Positions 1 to 8,563 of a DNA stretch of 64,000 nt are shown here, piece after piece. The first letter of the stretch is position 1, and every line of letters begins with the position of its first letter. Under the pieces are notes generated by a model. The model was not told where the DNA came from. It saw nothing but the letters and a program-made list of their open reading frames with translations, and did no database searches. Made by a program: the position numbers and the translations under genes. Source of the stretch: Nitrososphaerota archaeon (GTDB taxonomy: Archaea > Thermoproteota > Nitrososphaeria > PSMU01); the NCBI GenBank assembly GCA_040290255.1, contig PSMU01000004.1:1-64000 (forward strand), written 5' to 3'.

Positions 1-482
1 CACGCTCAGCTCAAAGATAGGCAGCGCGGTGGCCAACTTAACGAGCGCCATCAGCGCGGTAAGCGGCAAGATAGACAGCGCCGTCTCCACCCTCTCGGGC
101 AAGGTCGATAGCGCGGTGAGCACGCTCAGCTCAAAGATAGACAGCGCCGTGAATAGCGCGGTGAGCACGCTCAGCTCAAAGATAGACAGCGCGGTCTCCA
201 CCCTCTCGGGCAAGGTCGATAGCGCGGTGAGCACGCTCAGCTCAAAGATAGACAGCGCGGTGGCCAGCTTAACGAGCGCCATCAGCGCGGTAAGCGACAA
301 GATAGATAGCGCGGTGAGCACGCTGACCAGCACCGTGAATAGCGCGGTGAGCACGCTCAGCTCAAAGATAGACAGCGCGGTCTCCACCCTCTCGGGCAAG
401 GTCGATAGCGCGGTCTCATCGCTGACCAGCACCGTGAATAGCGCGGTGAGCACGCTCAGCTCAAAGATAGACAGCGCGGTCT
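1..482 (+). repeat. Coding tandem repeats of about 33 bp
   Basis: Near-identical copies of agcgcggtgagcacgctcagctcaaagatagac and gtctccaccctctcgggcaaggtcgatagc. Confidence 0.95.
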
Positions 483-595
483 CGAGCATTCAGGCGAGCG
501 TGGGCTCGCTCAGCACGTACGTCATAGCGCTGATCGTCATCGCGGTCATCGTGCTCGCGCTGCAGATCGTCACCCTCGCGAGGAGGCGAAGTTAA
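1..595 (+). CDS. C-terminal part of a repetitive S/A/V/T-rich membrane-anchored surface (stalk-like) protein; 5' end lies outside the window
   Basis: Frame is open from base 2; 11-residue repeats (AVSTLSSKIDS, AVSTLSGKVDS, AVSTLTSTVNS); C-terminal hydrophobic helix YVIALIVIAVIVLALQIV followed by RRRS. Confidence 0.85.
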   Translation, partial: TLSSKIGSAVANLTSAISAVSGKIDSAVSTLSGKVDSAVSTLSSKIDSAVNSAVSTLSSKIDSAVSTLSGKVDSAVSTLSSKIDSAVASLTSAISAVSDKIDSAVSTLTSTVNSAVSTLSSKIDSAVSTLSGKVDSAVSSLTSTVNSAVSTLSSKIDSAVSSIQASVGSLSTYVIALIVIAVIVLALQIVTLARRRS

Positions 596-598
596 GCA

Positions 599-618
599 CC
601 TTTTTTTGTTTCTTATTC
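599..618 (+). terminator. Oligo-T archaeal terminator
   Basis: ccttttttttgtttcttatt directly after the stop codon. Confidence 0.7.
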
Positions 619-655
619 GCCCTAGCGTGGGCTCTGCATCAAAGCTTATCTAGCC

Positions 656-991
656 TTGCCCTGGGGCTCCTACATGCCCTCGAGGCTCCTTGCCGGGGCC
701 CTGAACTTCTTCCTCTGGGGCCTGGGCAGCGCCCTCGCCCACAGGCGGCGCCACCACCTGCTGGCCCTGCCCGCCGGCCTCTGGCTCTACTTCCTGGGCC
801 TGGCCACGCGCAACGCCTATCTGCTCATCCCGGTCCTGCTGCTCAGCGCCTTCTTCTCGCTCGAGGCGCTGTTGGCCCCTCAGCAGGCGCTTAGGGCAAC
901 GCACGGCCCCTCCTTCTGCCCCGGCTGCGGGAGGAGGTATCCCGAGGAGGCGCTCTACTGCCCCTTCTGCGGCACGAAGAGGGCGGTGTAA
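656..991 (+). CDS. Small membrane protein with C-terminal zinc ribbon
   Basis: Hydrophobic segments, then CPGCG...CPFCG; start could be ATG 674. Confidence 0.7.
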   Translation: MPWGSYMPSRLLAGALNFFLWGLGSALAHRRRHHLLALPAGLWLYFLGLATRNAYLLIPVLLLSAFFSLEALLAPQQALRATHGPSFCPGCGRRYPEEALYCPFCGTKRAV

Positions 992-1023
992 AGCGCTTTT
1001 AGGGCCCTTCCCGCTCCTGAGGC

Positions 1024-2418
1024 GTGAGGGGGCTGGCCTACAGGAAGGAGGCCCTGGACCCTCTCTACGGCTACATCTACCTCACGGAGCTGGAGGTGAG
1101 GCTCATCGACACGCCCATCTTTCAGAGGCTGGATAGGCTGCTCCAGAACTTCAGCGCCCACTATGCCTTTCCCAGCGCCACGCATACGCGCAAGGCCCAT
1201 GCGCTGGGCGTGATGAGCCTGGCCCACAGGGCCCTGGCCAAGCTGCTCTTCAGGCTCAGGCCTCATCATGGCGCGGCGCTGCTCTTCGTGCCCACCACGC
1301 TGGAGGAGAGGGGGCCGGGGCTGGAGGATTACTACGTCGAGGGCTTTGACTGGTGGAACGAAAGGCTCGAGCGGGGGAGGTTCAGCGAGCTGCTGCAGGC
1401 CATGCGCCTGGCCGCGCTCCTACATGACGTGGGCCATGCCCCGCTCTCCCATGTCTTCGAGGAGGCCTGCCGCGCGCTCGGGCTGGACTTCGACCACGAG
1501 AAGAGGTCGCTGGAGCTGATGGAGCGGCTGGGCGAGGGGCTCAGGGGAAGGGCCGGGGAGGTGATGCGGGGAGCCCTGGAGCTCTTCAGGCGCGTGGTCG
1601 AGCCCGGGCATCGCTCATACGTGAAGGAGCTGCTTTCGGGCCCCATGGACGTCGATAAGATCGATTACCTGAACAGGGACGGCTACCATTCGGGGGCCCT
1701 GGAGTACGGCCTCATAGACCAGGAGCGCATCCTCGACTCCTTCTACGTCAAGCAAGGGCAGCTGGTCTTCCTGAGCTCCAACCTGCCCTCCGTGCTCAGG
1801 GCCTTCGCCTCGGCGGAGCAGATGTACAGGAACGTCTTCTACCATAAGACCTCGCGCAACGTGGACCTCATGTGCGTCGAGATGCTCAGGGCCGCGAGGC
1901 CCGTCGTGGAGAGGCTGCTCGCCTCCCGCGAGCCCTTCGAGGGCTATGGCGACTATGAGCTGCTCCGGGAGCTGGCCAGGGCGGACCTGCCCAGGGCCTC
2001 GGAGCTGGCCCAGGGCCTGCTCTCGAGGAGGCTTTACTTCAAGGCGCTCTACCAGGCCCCCGTGCCCAGGGATCGCTTCACGGAGGAGCTGAGGCGGGCC
2101 CTTGCCGAGCTGGAGCAGCGCTACTCGGAGCTGCAGGCGCGCATAGACCACGTGGAGGCCAGGCCCATAAGGCAGGAGTACGGGGCCCTAAGCTCCTGGC
2201 TCCGCGCGCCCAAGGTCTATCTGCCCGAGGAGGATAGGCTGCTCTCGCTGCGGGAGGCGCAGCCCCTGCTGGAGGAGCTGGCCCTGCGCTTCAGCGTGGA
2301 TGTGAGGGTCTTCGTGGCCAGGCGCTTGGCCAAGCACCCCAGGGCGGAGGCCCTCGTGCGCGAGGCCAGGGCGCTCCTAGGCCCTGGCGCCCCTCCTGCC
2401 CCTCCTCCTTATCGCTAG
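1024..2418 (+). CDS. HD-domain phosphohydrolase (dNTP triphosphohydrolase/SAMHD1-like family)
   Basis: DPLYGYI, FQRL, HTRKAHALG, LLHDVGH, DVDKIDYLNRD, VFYHKT motifs. Confidence 0.9.
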   Translation: MRGLAYRKEALDPLYGYIYLTELEVRLIDTPIFQRLDRLLQNFSAHYAFPSATHTRKAHALGVMSLAHRALAKLLFRLRPHHGAALLFVPTTLEERGPGLEDYYVEGFDWWNERLERGRFSELLQAMRLAALLHDVGHAPLSHVFEEACRALGLDFDHEKRSLELMERLGEGLRGRAGEVMRGALELFRRVVEPGHRSYVKELLSGPMDVDKIDYLNRDGYHSGALEYGLIDQERILDSFYVKQGQLVFLSSNLPSVLRAFASAEQMYRNVFYHKTSRNVDLMCVEMLRAARPVVERLLASREPFEGYGDYELLRELARADLPRASELAQGLLSRRLYFKALYQAPVPRDRFTEELRRALAELEQRYSELQARIDHVEARPIRQEYGALSSWLRAPKVYLPEEDRLLSLREAQPLLEELALRFSVDVRVFVARRLAKHPRAEALVREARALLGPGAPPAPPPYR

Positions 2419-3579
2419 GAGGCGCCGCAGCAGCTCAAGGGCCGCCTGATAGTGCTGCGCGCCCACCTCGCTCAGGGCCATCTCCCGGGCCCTGGCCTTC
2501 GCCACCTCCTGAAGGAACGTGAGCGCCTGCCGGGCCCCCAGCTCGGGCCTTTCGTCGAGCAGCCGCGCCAGCTCCTCCTTCACGGGCCCGGGCAGGGGCT
2601 CCAGCCTCAGCTCGGCCAGCGAGGGCCTGGGCAGGGCCTGCACCCTGGCCTCCGCGAGCGCAAGCCGCGCCCTGCCGCTCAGCCTGGGCAGGCGGAGCAC
2701 CGCGGGCACCTCGCCCAGCAGCCACCTGGGCAGGCCCTGCTCCTCCCTGGCTATGAGCAGCGTCCTGGCGTGCAGCTCGAACTCCACCTCCTCCCCCTTC
2801 ACCTGCACGCTCGCCCTGCCCCCCCTCAGCAGGCCCCTGAGCACCCTCTGCTCCTCTGCCCTCATGGCCTCGAGCCCCTCCACGGGCACGACCCCGGGGC
2901 CCGAGAGGCGCTCCGCCAGCTCCCTCGCCTCAAGGGCCCCCAGGCTTATCCTCTGGTAGCCCATCGCCTCCAGCAGGGCCATCGCATAATCAGAGAAGCC
3001 CTCCCCCTCCTCGATCACGAGCACGTGCAGCCGATCGGAGAGCAGCAGCGCCCTGAGCAGCTCCATCGCCAGGAGCAGCGGGGGCTCCTCGAGCGGCGCG
3101 CGCAGCCGCCGCAGCAGCTCCTTCATGCCCTCGGCGCTGGGCCGGGGCATCAGCCTGGACCTTATGTAGCCCGCATACAGCCTCGCGTTGAGCTTGTACT
3201 CGAGCCAGGGCCCATAGCTGAGCGGCTGCTCCGCATTCCTCATGATGCGGAACTCATAGGCCCCGTCCAGGCCCCTCCTCTCGACCACGACGTAGGGCGA
3301 GAAGAGCCCCAGCCTTGCCTCTATCGCCCTGAGCGTGAGCTCGGGGTCATAGTCCTTCGAGGTCCTCACGACGATCGCCTCGGAGACGCTCACCTCCCTC
3401 ACGACCCTATCGGCCAGCGCGGCCCTGGCCCTGTTGACGGCCTTGAGCAGCTCCTCCTCCCAGCCCTTGAACCTCACATCATAAGGGTCGAGCCTTGCCA
3501 GGTCCTCCAGCGTCCTTATGCCGTTGAGCGCCAGCAGGCCCGAGAGGCGGGGGCTTATGCCCGTCAGCGCGCCCTCCAT
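2377..3579 (-). CDS. HhH-like N-terminal domain fused to a degenerate MCM-like AAA+ domain
   Basis: N-terminal GISPRLSGLLALNGIRTLEDLA; the C-terminal half follows MCM motif order with Walker A, Walker B and arginine finger substituted. Confidence 0.65.
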   Translation of the reverse strand: MEGALTGISPRLSGLLALNGIRTLEDLARLDPYDVRFKGWEEELLKAVNRARAALADRVVREVSVSEAIVVRTSKDYDPELTLRAIEARLGLFSPYVVVERRGLDGAYEFRIMRNAEQPLSYGPWLEYKLNARLYAGYIRSRLMPRPSAEGMKELLRRLRAPLEEPPLLLAMELLRALLLSDRLHVLVIEEGEGFSDYAMALLEAMGYQRISLGALEARELAERLSGPGVVPVEGLEAMRAEEQRVLRGLLRGGRASVQVKGEEVEFELHARTLLIAREEQGLPRWLLGEVPAVLRLPRLSGRARLALAEARVQALPRPSLAELRLEPLPGPVKEELARLLDERPELGARQALTFLQEVAKARAREMALSEVGAQHYQAALELLRRLLAIRRRGRRGARA

Positions 3580-3580
3580 G

Positions 3581-3690
3581 CCCGCTCAGCGCGGCTCATC
3601 GCTTCGGGGGCGGCTCCTCCCAATGCCTTCCGTTCATCGTCTCCTCTCCGTAACTCTGACCGCACGTCATCGCCGCCTTTCTGAGGCGGG
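3581..3690 (-). ncRNA. Candidate box C/D-like (K-turn) structured RNA, copy 1
   Basis: Three CGAUGA motifs, CGGA and CUGA D-like boxes, GGCGGC/GCCGCC stem, upstream AAAGCTTATA promoter; core shared with 56798-56831. Confidence 0.55.
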
Positions 3691-3700
3691 AGGGCGGGGC

Positions 3701-3710
3701 TATAAGCTTT
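3701..3710 (-). promoter_or_regulatory. BRE/TATA element
   Basis: AAAGCTTATA on the minus strand, about 24 nt upstream of the GGCGGC that opens the RNA stem. Confidence 0.55.
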
Positions 3711-3752
3711 GGGGCACAACCGATAAAAGGCGGCGCGCCGCGAGAGGGGCAG

Positions 3753-5699
3753 ATGGGCTACCTCTGGCAGCCCCCCAGGGAGCTGGCGGAGCGCGCGAAC
3801 CTGCGCCCGCTCATGGAGAGGCTGAGGCTCGACAGCTACGCGGAGCTGGTGAGGTGGAGCATAACGCGCCTGGAGAACTTCTGGGCGCGGCTGCCCGAGG
3901 AGCTGGGCGTGGAGTGGTTCCGCCCTCCTAGGCAGGTCGTGGACCTCTCCAGGGGGCCCGAGTGGGCGCGCTGGTATGGAGGGGGCGCGCTGAACGTAGC
4001 TTACAACGCCCTCGAGAGGCCCGCGAGGCTCAGGGGCCCCCATCCGGCCGTCATCTGGAGGGGGGAGGATGGCCGCAGGAGGGCGCTCAGCTATTCCCAG
4101 CTGAACGAGGATGCCAGCAGGCTCGCGGGCTACCTGGCCGAGCTGGGCGTGGGGCCCGGCGATAGGGTGGCGCTCTATCTCCCCATGCTGCCCGAGACGG
4201 TGGCCTCCCTCTTTGCCCCCCTCAAGCTGGGCGCGATCGCGATGCCCATCTTCTCGGGCTTTGCGCCCGAAGCCGTAAGCGTGAGGCTCAGGGATGCGGA
4301 GCCCAAGGCGCTCATAACCTGCGATGGCTACCTCAGGAGGGGTAATAGGGTGGGGCTGCTGGACCAGGCCAGGGAGGCGCTGAAGCTCTCGGGCCTCGGC
4401 GCCAAGCTCATCGTGGTGGAGAGGCTGGGCGGCCTCGAGCTGCTCGAGGGGGAGGTGAGCTATGAGGAGGCCATAAGGGAGGGCGAGCCCTTGGCGAGCA
4501 GGGCGCTGGACCCCGAGCACCCCGCGCTGCTGCTCTACAGCTCGGGCACCACGGGCCGGCCCAAGGGCTGCGTGATCTCACATGCGGGCGCGCTGCTGCA
4601 GCCCTCCAAGGAGATCTTCTATAACCTGGACCTAAAGCCCGAGGAGCGCCTGCTCTGGGTCACGGACATAGGCTGGATGATGGGCCCTTGGCAGATGATC
4701 GGCGCGCAGTTCCTGGGCGCCACGCACATCATCCTGGAGGGGGCCATCGACTATCCCCCCTCCAGGCTGTGGCGCATCGTGGAGCAGGAGAGGGTCACGC
4801 ACCTGGGCTTCGCGGCCACGGTGGCGAGGCTGCTGAGGCGCTACGGCAGGGATGCGCTGCTGGAGCACGACCTCTCTTCGCTGCGCGTCTTCGGCAACAC
4901 GGGCGAGCCCATAGACCCCGGCACCTGGCTCTGGCTGATGAAGGAGGTGGGCGAGGAGAGGTGCCCCATCATCAACCTCTCCGGCGGCACGGAGATCTTC
5001 GGCTGCTTCCTGCTCCCCTCGCCGCTCGTCCCGCTCAAGCCCTCCACGCTCTGGGGGCCGGGCCTGGGCATGGACGTCGACGTCTTCGATGAGCAGGGCA
5101 GGCCCGTGAGGGGCCAGGTGGGCTACCTCGTGGCGAAGAGCCCCGCACCCTCGATGACCAGGGGCTTCTGGAGGGATGAGGCGAGGTACCTGGAGACCTA
5201 CTGGTCCAGGTTCAGGGGCGTCTGGTATCATGGCGACTGGGCGCTCATCGATGAGGAGGGCTACTGGTTCCTGCTGGGCAGGGCCGATGACGTGATCAAG
5301 GCGGCGGGCAAGAGGGTGGGCCCCGCGGAGATAGAGGCCCTGCTGAACGCGCACCCCCTCGTGGCGGAGTCGGCCTGCGTGGGCGTGCCCAGCGAGCTGA
5401 AGGGCGAGGAGGTGGCCTGCTTCGTGGCGCTGAAGCGCGGCGCGGAGCCCTACCCGGGCCTGGAGGAGGAGCTGAGGAGGCGCGTGAGGAGGGGGCTGGG
5501 CAGGGCCTTCGAGCCCTCCTATCTGCTCTTCGTGCCCTCGCTCCCCAGGACCCGCTCGGGCAAGATCATGAGGAGGCTGCTGAGGGCCGCGGCGCTGGGC
5601 CAGCAGGTGGGCGATGTGAGCGCGCTGGAGAACCCCGAGGCCCTGGAGCAGGCCAGGGCGGCCTGGGAGGCGATGAGGCAGCGTGGGCTCGTGGCCTAG
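3753..5699 (+). CDS. acs: AMP-forming acetyl/acyl-CoA synthetase
   Basis: YSSGTTGRPKG AMP-binding loop, DIGWMMG, GRADDVIK, PRTRSGKIMRR. Confidence 0.85.
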   Translation: MGYLWQPPRELAERANLRPLMERLRLDSYAELVRWSITRLENFWARLPEELGVEWFRPPRQVVDLSRGPEWARWYGGGALNVAYNALERPARLRGPHPAVIWRGEDGRRRALSYSQLNEDASRLAGYLAELGVGPGDRVALYLPMLPETVASLFAPLKLGAIAMPIFSGFAPEAVSVRLRDAEPKALITCDGYLRRGNRVGLLDQAREALKLSGLGAKLIVVERLGGLELLEGEVSYEEAIREGEPLASRALDPEHPALLLYSSGTTGRPKGCVISHAGALLQPSKEIFYNLDLKPEERLLWVTDIGWMMGPWQMIGAQFLGATHIILEGAIDYPPSRLWRIVEQERVTHLGFAATVARLLRRYGRDALLEHDLSSLRVFGNTGEPIDPGTWLWLMKEVGEERCPIINLSGGTEIFGCFLLPSPLVPLKPSTLWGPGLGMDVDVFDEQGRPVRGQVGYLVAKSPAPSMTRGFWRDEARYLETYWSRFRGVWYHGDWALIDEEGYWFLLGRADDVIKAAGKRVGPAEIEALLNAHPLVAESACVGVPSELKGEEVACFVALKRGAEPYPGLEEELRRRVRRGLGRAFEPSYLLFVPSLPRTRSGKIMRRLLRAAALGQQVGDVSALENPEALEQARAAWEAMRQRGLVA

Positions 5700-6516
5700 G
5701 AGGCCCCCGGCCGTCGCGGGGAGCTTCTACCCCTCCTCGAGGGAGGAGCTGCTCAAGCTCCTGGAGTGGTGCTACTCACATCCCCTTGGCCCCAGGGGCG
5801 AGGAGCTGGGCGGCGAGCCCGTGGCCTTCGTGGTGCCCCATGCGGGCTACGTCTACTCGGGCCCCGTCGCGGCCCATGTCTATGCCGCGCTGAAGGGGCT
5901 GCGCTTTGATGCGGTGGTGATCCTGGGCCCCAACCACTATGCCTATGGCAGCCCCCTGGCCACCTTCTCGAGGGGGAGCTGGGCCACGCCGCTGGGCGAT
6001 GCGCCCATCGATGAGCCCCTGGCCCGCGCGCTGCTCAGGGGAGGGCTGCTGCAGGATGACTATGAGGCCCACAGGTTCGAGCACTCCATAGAGGTGCAGC
6101 TGCCCTTCCTGCAGCACCTGGGCCGGCCCTTCGCCTTCGTGCCCATCTGCCTTGCCTACCAGGAGGAGGAGGCCACGAGGCCCCTGGCGAAGCTGCTGCG
6201 CCGGGCGTATGAGGAGAGGCCCTTCCTGCTGCTGGCCTCCAGCGACTTCACGCATTATGAGCCCGAGGAGCAGGCCCGGCGCAAGGACCTCGAGCAGATA
6301 AGGGCGATCGCCACGCTCGACCTGCGGAGGCACTATGAGACGATGAGGAGGCTGAACGTGACGATGTGCGGCTACGGCGCGATAGCCGCCGCGCTGGAGT
6401 TCTCGAGGCTGCTGGGCGCGCGGGGGGCGACGCTGCTCCGCCATGCGACGAGCGGGGATACGGGGGGCGACAGGGGCTCCGTGGTGGGCTATGCCGCCCT
6501 CGCGTTCGTGAAGTGA
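5683..6516 (+). CDS. MEMO1 family protein (AmmeMemoRadiSam protein B)
   Basis: PAVAGSFYP, VPHAGYVYSG, EHSIEVQLPFLQ, SSDFTHY, TMCGYG. Confidence 0.93.
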   Translation: MGSWPRRPPAVAGSFYPSSREELLKLLEWCYSHPLGPRGEELGGEPVAFVVPHAGYVYSGPVAAHVYAALKGLRFDAVVILGPNHYAYGSPLATFSRGSWATPLGDAPIDEPLARALLRGGLLQDDYEAHRFEHSIEVQLPFLQHLGRPFAFVPICLAYQEEEATRPLAKLLRRAYEERPFLLLASSDFTHYEPEEQARRKDLEQIRAIATLDLRRHYETMRRLNVTMCGYGAIAAALEFSRLLGARGATLLRHATSGDTGGDRGSVVGYAALAFVK

Positions 6517-6517
6517 T

Positions 6518-7474
6518 ATGGCGGAGGCGGTGGCCTGCGGCAAGCTCATCCTGCTGGGCGAGCACTTCGTGCTCTACGGCGCCCCCGCGCTGGTGCTGGC
6601 CGGCGGGCCCAAGGTGAGGGTGCAGGCCAGCCGGGCCGAGGAGGATAGGCTCCTCTCGCCCTCCCTCTCGCTGGACGTGCGCCTGGCCGCCGCGCCGCCC
6701 CCCGCCGCCCGGCCCTTCGCTTCCCTGCTCTCCAGGCTGAAGCGCGAGGCGGGCTATAGGGGGGGCGTGCGCCTGCTCATCCGCTCGAGCATTCCCGTGG
6801 GCCAGGGCCTGGGCTCCTCGGGGGCCGTGCTCGTGGCCAGCGCCGCGGCCGTCAATTCGCTGCTGGGCCTGGGCCTGAGCAGGGAGGAGCTGGCCAGGGT
6901 TGCGCTGGAGGCGGAGCAGCTCGTGCACGGCAGGAGCTCGGGCATCGATGTCTTCGCCCCCCTCTACGGCGGCCTGCTGCTCTACAGCAGCGGGCGAGGC
7001 ATCCTGCGCAGGAGGCCCAGGGCCGGGCTCCCGCTGGTGCTGGCCTTCAGCGGCGTGAAGAGGAGCACGAGGCGGGTCATCGAGAGGGTCTCCTCCTGGA
7101 GGGAGGCCCATCCCCACACCTTCTCGCTCTTGGCCCGGCAGGTGGGCTCCTGGGCCGAGGAGGGCTTTGGCCTGGCCGAAGAGGGGGAGCTGGAGAGGCT
7201 GGGCCTGCTCATGACGCTCAACCATTGCCTCCTCTCGCTGCTGGGCGCCTCTCATCCCAGGCTCGACGGGCTGGTGAACGAGAGCCTCGCAAGGGGCGCC
7301 CTGGGCGCCAAGCTGAGCGGCGGAGGGGGAGGGGGCGTGGCCGCCGTGCTCGTCAGAAAAGGCCAGCAGGGACGGCTGAGCAGGGAGCTGCGCGAGAGGG
7401 GCTTTCGGGCGCTGCCCTTCAGGCCCTCCTCCGAGGGCGTGAGCGTGCGCGGGGGCTCGGCCAGGAAAGCTTAA
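6518..7474 (+). CDS. mvk: Mevalonate kinase
   Basis: GKLILLGEHFVLYG, PVGQGLGSSGA GHMP motif, SGID, GAKLSGGGGGG; isoprenoid gene context. Confidence 0.92.
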   Translation: MAEAVACGKLILLGEHFVLYGAPALVLAGGPKVRVQASRAEEDRLLSPSLSLDVRLAAAPPPAARPFASLLSRLKREAGYRGGVRLLIRSSIPVGQGLGSSGAVLVASAAAVNSLLGLGLSREELARVALEAEQLVHGRSSGIDVFAPLYGGLLLYSSGRGILRRRPRAGLPLVLAFSGVKRSTRRVIERVSSWREAHPHTFSLLARQVGSWAEEGFGLAEEGELERLGLLMTLNHCLLSLLGASHPRLDGLVNESLARGALGAKLSGGGGGGVAAVLVRKGQQGRLSRELRERGFRALPFRPSSEGVSVRGGSARKA

Positions 7475-7498
7475 CTTGAAGCGACGCCCAGGCCGGGC

Positions 7499-8563
7499 GT
7501 GGCCTCCGAGGCGAGCCAGAGGAAGGAGAGGGACATCAGGGTGGTGCTCGAGGAAGGCCCGGAGCACGAGCAGAGCACGCTGCTGGAGTGCGTGCACCTG
7601 CTTCACAACGCGCTGCCGGAGCTGAACTTCGACGAGGTCAGCACGGAGTGCGCCTTCCTGGGCCACCGCTTTTCCGCGCCGCTGCTGGTGGACTCGATGA
7701 CGGGGGGCTCCCAGCTCTCCGCGAAGGTGAACGCCACGATAGCCAGGGTAATAGAGCGCCTGGGCCTGGGCATGGGCCTGGGCAGCCAGAAGGTGGGCCT
7801 GCAGCATCCTGAGCTCGAGGAGAGCTTCAGGGTGGCCAGGGAGCAGGCCCCCACCGCCTTCATAGCGGCCAACATAGGCGGGGCGCAGCTCGCCTCGGGC
7901 CTCACGCTGGAGGATGTGAAGCGCATCATCGACATGGTCAGGGCCGATGCGCTGGTGGTGCACCTGAACCCCATGCAGGAGGCGCTGCAGGTGGGAGGGG
8001 AGCCCAGGTACAGGGGCGTGCTGGCCGCGCTCAGGGAGCTCACGAAGCAGCTCTCCGTGCCCGTGATCGTGAAGGAGGTGGGCTCGGGCATCTCGCCCGA
8101 TGTGGCCGTGAAGCTGCAGGTGGCGGGCGTGAAGGCCATCAACGTGGCCGGCGCGGGCGGCACCAGCTGGACGGCCGCGGAGGCCATCAAGGCCGAGGAG
8201 CAGGGCGAGGCGGAGAGGGCGAGGCTCGGCCGGCTCTTCTGGAGCTGGGGCATCCCCACGGCCGCGAGCCTCATCCTCGTGAGGAGGGCCGTGCGCCTCC
8301 CCCTCATCGCCTCCGGCGGGCTCAGGAACGGGCTCGAGGTGGCCAAGTGCATCGCGCTGGGCGCGAGCATGGCCGCCATGGCGAAGCCCGCGCTGGAGCA
8401 GGCGCTGAAGGGCGAGGAGGCGCTCGCCTCCTTCCTGGAGCACGTGCTCAGGGCCCTGAAGCTGGCCATGTTCGGCGTGGGGGCCCCCACCGTCCAGGCC
8501 CTGGCCCAGGCCAAGTACGTGATCACGCCCCCGCTGAGCCACTGGGTGATGCCGCTTGGCTGA
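7499..8563 (+). CDS. fni: Type 2 isopentenyl-diphosphate delta-isomerase
   Basis: SMTGG, GLGSQ, HLNPMQE, VKEVGSG, GAGGTSW, ASGGLRNG. Confidence 0.95.
   Translation: MASEASQRKERDIRVVLEEGPEHEQSTLLECVHLLHNALPELNFDEVSTECAFLGHRFSAPLLVDSMTGGSQLSAKVNATIARVIERLGLGMGLGSQKVGLQHPELEESFRVAREQAPTAFIAANIGGAQLASGLTLEDVKRIIDMVRADALVVHLNPMQEALQVGGEPRYRGVLAALRELTKQLSVPVIVKEVGSGISPDVAVKLQVAGVKAINVAGAGGTSWTAAEAIKAEEQGEAERARLGRLFWSWGIPTAASLILVRRAVRLPLIASGGLRNGLEVAKCIALGASMAAMAKPALEQALKGEEALASFLEHVLRALKLAMFGVGAPTVQALAQAKYVITPPLSHWVMPLG

Noticed and set aside
1-482. Tandem ~33-bp repeats as a CRISPR array
   Set aside because: The repeats are in-frame coding units without unique spacers, and no cas genes are present
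3581-3690. TIGR array, fluoride riboswitch or hammerhead ribozyme reading of the CGAUGA motifs
   Set aside because: Only three units with ~15-16-nt inserts and no adjacent Nop-domain gene; the fluoride pseudoknot and the hammerhead CUGAUGA/GAAA core are not satisfied
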